Assembly (NCBI GenBank): GCA_051870955.1
Contig: JBJECJ010000025.1
Span: forward strand, 126 to 64,125
DNA: 64,000 bases
Reading direction: 5' to 3'
Source of the DNA: Paludibacteraceae bacterium
GTDB lineage: Bacteria > Bacteroidota > Bacteroidia > Bacteroidales > Paludibacteraceae
Shown here: positions 57,009 through 64,000 of the stretch, one piece after another
Layout of the letters: the number at the start of each line of letters is the position of its first letter
Numbering within the stretch: the first letter of the stretch is position 1
The notes under the pieces: generated by a model
What the model was told of the DNA's origin: nothing
What the model saw: only the letters and a program-made list of their open reading frames with translations
Databases searched by the model: none
Position numbers and translations under genes: made by a program

Positions 57009-59467
57009 ATGAAAAACACCGTTCGTAGTGCCTTTACGGGCAAGAGACCCTTACTCTTTTCATTGTTCGTTTTCTTTTTTGTTTGCACCGCTCTGCAAGC
57101 ACAAGACTACTCGCTTCGTTACTATGACGAAAGCAAAGGTCTTAGTCACCATCATTCGTCCCGTGTGCTCCAAGACAGCACCGGAATGATGTGGATTGCC
57201 ACCTACAACGGTCTCAACCGTTTCGATGGGTACCAGTTCATAACATTCAAATCTGAAGATGATGACGAGCCGAATATAGCCAGCGACCGTATTCGTCGCA
57301 TCCTGCCGGCGAACGATAATAATCTCCTCTGTCTGATTGACGACAGCGTAGTCCTTTTCAACACGCATACCTGCCAATTTGAGTCCGTACCCGCTGAAGA
57401 TAGCGAGACAGCCAAACATGTACGTATGAGATCCAATCCGGATTTATGGAAAGAGAAAAACCAATACACTACGTTAGGCAACCTTAGACTCAAAGATATT
57501 CTTTACGAATACGAGGACCGTCAAGGCAATCATTGGTTGATTGACGAACATGGTATCTATGTGGCAACACCTGTCCCCACGCGCGGCGTATGCGTGAATA
57601 CAGATGAAGTGCGAGCGATGCGGCAACTCAGCGACGGGTGCATTCTTGTGTCTATACGCGGTGCCAAGCAGTTGGCTGTCTATGATAGCACGATGTGTCT
57701 GCAAGGCTATGTGTGTCCCGATGGACGGGTCAGCAGACGACCTGCCTCCTTCGGCTCACAGGTCTATTGCATCTATGAGAGCCGAGACCGACAGAGTCTC
57801 TGGATGGGTTGCAAACCCGGGGGACTGATAGAGGTAAGAGGGGACAAGGGACAGAAGACTGTGCACCATTATCCCGAAGTGCGCAACGTGTACGACGTAG
57901 TGGAAGATAAGGAGGGGAATATATGGGCTGCTACTTTCGGTTTCGGGCTCTGGTATAGGCGACATTCTGCAACCGACACTCAGCCCTCAGAATTTACCTT
58001 TGTACAGGGAACGGAAGGGATGAGAATCCGCAGGTTGCTGGTAACCGAAGACAACACGCTGCTGGCTGCCACCGGCAAGGGTTTGTTGGTTGTTCGAGAC
58101 CACACGATGACGCTTCACCAACGTGAAGCAGGCAGAAAAAACTCGCTAAGCAGTAGTGCACTCATGTGCCTATCGTTCTTCAACGGGCAACTGTACATCG
58201 GCACCGAAGGCGGAGGTATCAACCGACTGGTCAGCAAAGATATTCACGCCGACCAACTGGAATTTGAGCATATCACCCAAGCCAACGGGCTCGGCAGCGA
58301 CATCGTGTATGAGTTTTTGCCTTGGTCAGATAACGAACTATTGGTGCAATGCAACAACGCCTTGTCCATCCTCCATACGCGCAAAGGCAACATTATCAAC
58401 TACGGCAAGTCGTTCTTCCGTTTTGTCGGAGACAAACCTTTTAACTTGGGCGAGGTGCAACCCGTTGTTTTAGGCGACAAACTGCTTATCGCTCCGCTTG
58501 ACGGATTGTTGTTGGTCAACAAATCCGAACTGCGGCCCGAGACAGAACTCGTGCGCATTGCGCTGAGCAGTGTTACGCTCGAAGACCAAACGAACTACGC
58601 AGTGGACGAACTGACACACCTCACTTTATCGCCCGAAGAACGCAGCCTTGAACTCACGTTTGCTGCATTGGACTACCGCGGTACCACCGACATTCAATAC
58701 CAAACGCGTTTCTACTCATCGAAGGGAAAAGAAAAGCCCTGGGGTGCACCTACCGATGTAAATAAACTTCTTGAGCAAGACCTCTCCCCGGCGAGTACAT
58801 CTTCGAAGTGCGTTCCACCAATGCCCTCGGTCAGTGGCAGGACAACACACGCCGTCTCCTCATCACCGTTACACCCACTTTTTGGGAAAGCACAACCGGC
58901 ATGGCGCTGCAAATCGGTTTCCTATTGCTCGTTACCATTGCCATCACTATTCAATCGACACGCATCCGCTACCACCGCAAGCAACGCCAACAAACCCTGA
59001 GTGCTTATTTGGATTTGCAGGAACGGTATTTGGCGATCAACAATCGTCCCTCGGTAGTCAACGAGAAACAGCCGGAGCCCCAACCGTCTCTCGAGATTAT
59101 CGCCCCAGGTTATACGAGCGAGAACGAGAAGTTCCTCAATGCACTCCGGCAGTTTATGGAGCAAAATATCGGCAATGCGGAGATGACCATCGATGACTTG
59201 GCGAACGTAACGCACATGAGTCGTTCATCGCTCAACCGCAAGATGCACGAATTGTTCAACCTGTCGGCAAAAGACTTCGTACAGACGGCACGCATCAAAC
59301 ACGCGTGCGAGTTGCTGCGCGCAACCGATATGGCAGCAAAAGAGGTCGCTTACGCCTGCGGCTTCAGCGACCCCCGTTATTTTTCCAAATCCTTCAAGGC
59401 TTCCACCGGAAGCACTCCTACCGAATATCGGAATAATGGTAAGGATAAGAATAAGGATAAAGGTTGA
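57009..59467 (+). pseudogene. membrane-anchored AraC-type regulator with HTCS-type periplasmic sensor, split by a 1-nt frameshift
   Basis: Frame 3 encodes propeller and Y_Y_Y-type repeats up to ..EQDLSP. Frame 2 continues GEYIFEVRSTNALGQW, then a TM segment, a linker and an AraC HTH. The switch occurs at the C4GG run at 58786-58791. Confidence 0.6.
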
Positions 59468-59478
59468 ATGGGTAAATG

Positions 59479-60885
59479 TCAGCGTTTAGCAGATTTCTCT
59501 CTCCATAGCGCGGTCATTTCTTCAAGCGTCTTGCCTTTGGTCTCCGGGACAAGTTTCCATACGAATAACGCCGCTACCAAGCATATCACGCCATAGATGA
59601 TATAGGCAAGTGCGTGGCTGTAGTTGTACAGAGGGACAAAGGTGGACGATACCACGAAGTTACTAATCCACTGAAAGGATACGGCAATGGCAGTTGCCTG
59701 ACTGCGGATGGTATTCGGGAACAATTCCGCCATGTACACCCAGCAAATCGGTCCCCAACTGAACATGAATGCGGCACTATACACCAATATGCAGGCTACC
59801 GCCACCCATGCAGGCAAAGTAACGATGTTAATGAGCGCCACACCGAGTGCGCCAAGCGCCATCAACAGAGAGCCGACAATAAGCAGCGGTTTGCGACCGA
59901 GGCGCTCCACGGTGAAAATCGCCAACAGCGTAAAGGTAATGTTTACAACGCCCATGAGCACAGTGAAAACCATCGGATTACTCACTCCCATCGACTCGAA
60001 GATACGCGGTGCGAAATAGAGCACGGCATTGATTCCCACTATCTGCTGGAATACGCTGAGCATGATACCCACAAAGATAACCAGCCAGCCATAGGTCAGC
60101 AACGGTTCCCTTTTCTCGGTCGCTGTGGCATGTATCTCAGACAAGATTTCCTTAGCGCGGGACGCTCCGTTGATACGCGAGAGTACCTTGAGTGCCTCTT
60201 CATCACGCCCTCTGAGTGCCAAATAACGCGGGCTCTCGGGCACCAGCAGAATAAGCAATGCAAAGGTAGCCGCGGGTACGCACTCGCTGACGAACATAAC
60301 GCGCCAACCCACCTGTTGCGTCCATTCCACTACCGCAGGGTCGTTGACATGCGCACGAACAATGAGATAGTTGACAAAATAGACCACCAACTGACCGAAG
60401 ATGATAGCAAACTGGTTCCAACTGACGAGGGCACCACGTTTGTTGGCAGGGGCTATCTCGGCAATATACATCGGGCAAACAGCAGATGCCAGACCTACGC
60501 CGATACCGCCTATGATACGGTATATGTTGAAGACCACAAGCAGCGTCATCGAAGGCACGCCTTTGGCAAGAATACCCGTCTCGGGTGCATACGAACCCCA
60601 TGCGGAGATAAAGAACAGCACCCCCGCGATGAACAGACTCTTCTTGCGTCCCAAACGCGATGTAAGCACACTCGAGAGAAACGCACCGATGATACAACCT
60701 ATCAGCGCACTGCTGGTTGTGAAACCGTGCCAACTATCGGTATAGGAAAAGTCGGTGGCAGAGGCAAAGAACTGTTGCAAACCCTTCTCTGCACCGGAGA
60801 TGACTGCTGTGTCGTATCCGAACAGCAGTCCTCCGATAACAGCAACAAGGACGATGCCAAATAAATAGAATTTATTATTTTGCAT
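59479..60885 (-). CDS. xylE: MFS sugar porter, xylose:H+ symporter-like
   Basis: 12-TM sugar-porter motifs (GRKKSL, PESPRYL, VPETKGKTLEE), downstream of xylA. The symbol is assigned by context. Confidence 0.8.
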   Translation of the reverse strand: MQNNKFYLFGIVLVAVIGGLLFGYDTAVISGAEKGLQQFFASATDFSYTDSWHGFTTSSALIGCIIGAFLSSVLTSRLGRKKSLFIAGVLFFISAWGSYAPETGILAKGVPSMTLLVVFNIYRIIGGIGVGLASAVCPMYIAEIAPANKRGALVSWNQFAIIFGQLVVYFVNYLIVRAHVNDPAVVEWTQQVGWRVMFVSECVPAATFALLILLVPESPRYLALRGRDEEALKVLSRINGASRAKEILSEIHATATEKREPLLTYGWLVIFVGIMLSVFQQIVGINAVLYFAPRIFESMGVSNPMVFTVLMGVVNITFTLLAIFTVERLGRKPLLIVGSLLMALGALGVALINIVTLPAWVAVACILVYSAAFMFSWGPICWVYMAELFPNTIRSQATAIAVSFQWISNFVVSSTFVPLYNYSHALAYIIYGVICLVAALFVWKLVPETKGKTLEEMTALWREKSAKR

Positions 60886-62188
60886 ACAGCGCAACAATTG
60901 CCTCGTACAACTCTTGTTTACCGCTGGTTTGACGCGGCTCACCTACTTTCTTGCCATACTCATAGACTTGCTCCAAAGTCAGTTTCCCCTCTTCAAACTC
61001 CTTGCCCATACCGCTATCAAACGAAGCGTAGCGGTCTTTGAGCATCTGCGGCAGCGGCGAGTTTTCCATAATCTCCACGGCATTGAGCAACGCACGCGCA
61101 CAAGCATCCATAGCGCTGATATGCGCAATGAAGATATCTTCAAGGTCGGTGGAGTTGCGACGTGTCTTGGCATCGAAGTTTGTACCGCCGGTACCCAAAC
61201 CGCCATTGCGGACAATCTGCATCCATGCTTGGGTCAGTTCAAAGTTGTCAATCGGGAATTGGTCGGTATCCCAGCCGTTCTGCGCATCACCGCGGTTGGC
61301 GTCAATAGAGCCCAGCATGCCGGCATCCACAGCGCAAGCCAGTTCGTGCTCGAAAGTGTGCCCTGCCAAGGTTGCGTGGTTCACCTCGATATTTACCTTG
61401 AAGTCCTTATCCAAACCATGTGCTTTCAGGAAACCGATAACGGTCTCGGTGTCCACATCATACTGATGTTTGCTCGGCTCCATCGGTTTGGGCTCAATGA
61501 GGAAAGTGCCATTGAAACCTTTGCTGCGCGCATAGTCACGAGCCATGCGGAGCATGGTTGCCATGTGCTCTTTCTCGCGCTTCTGGTCGGTGTTCAGCAG
61601 GCTCATATAACCTTCGCGACCGCCCCAGAATACATAATTCTCCGCACCGAGTTTGATACCGGCATCAATGGCGTTCTTAATCTGCACGATAGCACGGGCG
61701 ACTACGTCAAAGTCAGGGTTGGTGCTGGCACCGTTCATGTAACGGGCGTGACCAAAGACATTGGCTGTTGACCAAAGGAGTTTAATACCCGTCTCCTCCA
61801 TCTTCTCTTTCAGGTAATCGGTGATAGCAGCGAGGTTGGCTTCGTATTCTTCCACCGAGGCGCCTTCCGACACGAGGTCCACATCATGGAAGCAGAAATA
61901 CGGGATACCCAGTTTCTGCATGATTTCAAAGCCTGCATCTGCTTTGTGCTTTGCTATCTCCACAGCGTCGGCACCTTCATTCCACGGGAACTTCTTCGTG
62001 CCGCCACCGAACTGGTCTGCACCTTCGGCACAGAGCGTGTGCCACCACGCCATCGCGAAGCGCATCCAGTCTTTCATTTTCTTACCTGCCACTACACGCT
62101 CTGCGTCGTAGTAGTGAAATGCCATCGGGTTCTTTGACTCCGGTCCTTCAAAGGGGATTGTACCAATCCCGGGGAAATACTCTTTCAT
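60875..62188 (-). CDS. xylA: xylose isomerase
   Basis: 437 aa with FHD(V)D, WGGREG and other class II XylA motifs. Confidence 0.95.
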   Translation of the reverse strand: MKEYFPGIGTIPFEGPESKNPMAFHYYDAERVVAGKKMKDWMRFAMAWWHTLCAEGADQFGGGTKKFPWNEGADAVEIAKHKADAGFEIMQKLGIPYFCFHDVDLVSEGASVEEYEANLAAITDYLKEKMEETGIKLLWSTANVFGHARYMNGASTNPDFDVVARAIVQIKNAIDAGIKLGAENYVFWGGREGYMSLLNTDQKREKEHMATMLRMARDYARSKGFNGTFLIEPKPMEPSKHQYDVDTETVIGFLKAHGLDKDFKVNIEVNHATLAGHTFEHELACAVDAGMLGSIDANRGDAQNGWDTDQFPIDNFELTQAWMQIVRNGGLGTGGTNFDAKTRRNSTDLEDIFIAHISAMDACARALLNAVEIMENSPLPQMLKDRYASFDSGMGKEFEEGKLTLEQVYEYGKKVGEPRQTSGKQELYEAIVALYAK

Positions 62189-62194
62189 GTGATT

Positions 62195-63682
62195 TCAATT
62201 GTATGATTTTTGAGTTAGTAGTTTTTTCCAGCGTTCATAGGCGGCGCGGTATTCGTCCGTATGCTGCGGGCGGACGGTTTGGAGCGTCTGCAGCGTGCTG
62301 AAGGCTTCTTCCGCCGTAGCGTAGATACCCGCACCGATACCCGCACCTTTGGCGGCGCCGGCGGCGCCGTCCGTGTCGTGCAACAGGATGGTGGCTCCGC
62401 TCACGCCTGCCAGCGTATCGCGGAAGATAGGCGAGAGGAACATATTGGCATTACCCGCGTGGATAGTATTCACCTTCAAGCCCATGCTTTGCATAATCTC
62501 GATACCGTACATAAAACTGAAAACGATACCTTCCTGTGCGGCACGCAAGATGTGGGCGCGGGTGTGTTGGGTGAAACTCAGACCGTGAATACTGCACCCG
62601 CGCTCCTCGTTGCACAACATACGCTCGGCACCGTTACCGAAAGGCAGCACGCTCAAGCCGCCTGCTCCGATGGGGGCTTTCGCTGCCTCTTCGTTCATCT
62701 GCGGATAAGTCAGGTCGGGTGCTATATGATGGTGTATCCATGAGTTAAGAATACCCGTTCCGTTAATGCACAGCAGTACGCCTAAACGCGGGTCGCTAAC
62801 ACTATAGTTGACGTGCGCAAACGGATTGACGCGCGACTGTGGGTCGTATGCCACTTGGTCAATGACACCATATACTACCCCCGAGGTTCCAGCCGTGGAA
62901 GCAATCTCACCTGCTTGAAGCACACCTAACGAAAGGGCGTTGTTGGGTTGGTCGCCGGCGCGGTACGAAACAGGGATTCCGGCGGGGATTCTCAGTAGCG
63001 TGGCAGCCTCGTCGGTTACGCAGCCTTGTACGCCAAAGGTCGGAACAACCTCACAGAGCACAGACGAATCGATATGGTAGTGCTCCAAGAGTCTGTAAGC
63101 CGGTGTTCCCGCCTTGAAATCCCACAAAATGCCCTCGCTCAGACCGCTGACGGTCGTGCGCGCACTGCCGGTCAGACGCATGGCAATATAATCGCCGGGC
63201 AACATTATCTTATGTATCCGCGCAAAGAGTTCCGGTTCGTTGGCTTTCACCCAAGCCAGTTTGGCGGCAGTGAAGTTGCCGGGCGCATTGAGCATGTGCT
63301 CTAAGCAATAATCCTCCCCCAAGGCTTCCTTTGCCGCCTCACCGTAAAGCACTGCACGGCTGTCACACCATATAATAGCCGGACGCAACACCTGCAAATC
63401 TTTATCCACACACACCAAACCGTGCATTTGATAACTGATACCAACGGCTGCAATCTGATGTTTAGCGTCGGTCATCGGACATTTGTCCAAGATTTCGGCA
63501 GTTGCCAACCGTAGATTCTCCCACCACATGGCAGGGTCCTGCTCCGCCCATCCCGCACGATGCGAGAGGATGGGCGCTTCTTGCTTAGGATAGAATGCCG
63601 ATGCCACACACTGTCCGCTAACGGCATCCACTAAGGACGCTTTAACGGAAGAACTACCGATGTCATAACCCAGAAGTAACAT
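62195..63682 (-). CDS. xylB: xylulokinase (FGGY family)
   Basis: LLGYDIGSSSVKA N-terminus and FGGY C-terminal domain, upstream of xylA. Confidence 0.9.
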   Translation of the reverse strand: MLLLGYDIGSSSVKASLVDAVSGQCVASAFYPKQEAPILSHRAGWAEQDPAMWWENLRLATAEILDKCPMTDAKHQIAAVGISYQMHGLVCVDKDLQVLRPAIIWCDSRAVLYGEAAKEALGEDYCLEHMLNAPGNFTAAKLAWVKANEPELFARIHKIMLPGDYIAMRLTGSARTTVSGLSEGILWDFKAGTPAYRLLEHYHIDSSVLCEVVPTFGVQGCVTDEAATLLRIPAGIPVSYRAGDQPNNALSLGVLQAGEIASTAGTSGVVYGVIDQVAYDPQSRVNPFAHVNYSVSDPRLGVLLCINGTGILNSWIHHHIAPDLTYPQMNEEAAKAPIGAGGLSVLPFGNGAERMLCNEERGCSIHGLSFTQHTRAHILRAAQEGIVFSFMYGIEIMQSMGLKVNTIHAGNANMFLSPIFRDTLAGVSGATILLHDTDGAAGAAKGAGIGAGIYATAEEAFSTLQTLQTVRPQHTDEYRAAYERWKKLLTQKSYN

Positions 63683-63711
63683 ACACAATATACGAATTTT
63701 GATTGCTACCG

Positions 63712-63745
63712 CAAAGGTAGTACTATTTTATGACTCATGCAACTA
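63712..63745 (-). promoter_or_regulatory. promoter for the xylB-xylA-xylE operon
   Basis: Minus-strand AGTACTACCTTTGCGG, 30 nt before the ATG. Confidence 0.5.
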
Positions 63746-63889
63746 TCGCACAAAGATAGGAGGATTATTACACCTTTTTGGCGAGAAAAAGCACCTCAAA
63801 ACAAAAAACAAGCGCCACAATTACCTCAATCTACCACAGCTTGTTTATCCCTCAAAACAATACTATTTTATGATTACTCCGCCCCCACT

Positions 63890-63966
63890 TTATCGCGAGT
63901 TTTTCGCGGGTCTATCGCGGGTCTATCGCGGGTTGTCCGCAGGTCTCCCGCAGGTCGTCCGCAAGG
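63890..63966. repeat. 11-bp tandem array (c)tatcgcgggt drifting to tcccgcaggt, about 7 units
   Basis: Same word family as 17349-17408 and the reverse complement of 29160-29203. Confidence 0.8.
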
Positions 63967-64000
63967 CGATTCTCCAGCAAAAGGATGTACCACCTGCATC

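Noticed and set aside
56833-57009. Invertible promoter (phase-variation switch) between the GH3 and regulator genes
   Set aside because: No flanking inverted repeats of 10 bp or longer were seen around the two divergent promoters, and no nearby recombinase gene is present.

Overview
A 64-kb chromosomal segment that looks like Bacteroidales, probably Prevotellaceae. This taxonomic call is an inference from the SusC/SusD locus, repeated TAnnTTTG-type -7 promoter boxes, absence of Shine-Dalgarno sites and overall gene content. No rRNA, CRISPR array, transposase, integrase or recognisable defence genes were seen.

Gene content:
- 1-6.2 kb holds part of the dcw cluster (mraY-murD-ftsW-murG), interrupted by a GxxExxY cassette.
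- 6.8-37.7 kb holds housekeeping genes: tamL-like, trmH-family, rnhB, sppA, lpxK, msbA-like, tyrS, phosphohexomutase, guanine-deaminase-like, gtrA-like, alaS, pdxA, nitroreductase, a DUF389 protein, an EF-G paralog, tpiA, ruvA, smpB and others. tRNA-Thr(CGU) lies at 38.2 kb.
- 38.4-56.8 kb is a minus-strand pectin-type polysaccharide utilisation locus, in transcription order GH3, CE8 pectinesterase, two PL10-like lyases, a tandem-domain protein, GH43, susC, susD.
- 57.0-59.5 kb is a divergent membrane AraC regulator with an HTCS-type sensor. It is frameshifted.
- 59.5-63.7 kb is a xylB-xylA-xylE operon.

The most unusual signal is not a gene cluster but the non-coding DNA:
- Intergenic spaces are built from families of short palindromes and from tandem arrays with a strict 11-bp period.
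- Some of these form composite elements bounded by about 17-nt direct repeats.
- The same sequence families occur in frame inside conserved genes (trmH-family, murG, pdxA).

Other points of interest:
- Two small 23S-IVS-type genes sit in repeat-bracketed cassettes.
- An orphan promoter-plus-terminator pair may define a small RNA.
- The EF-G paralog lacks the catalytic His.
- Secreted proteins share an unassigned C-terminal tag and an unassigned GWT domain.

All functional calls come from reading motifs by eye. No database search was run.
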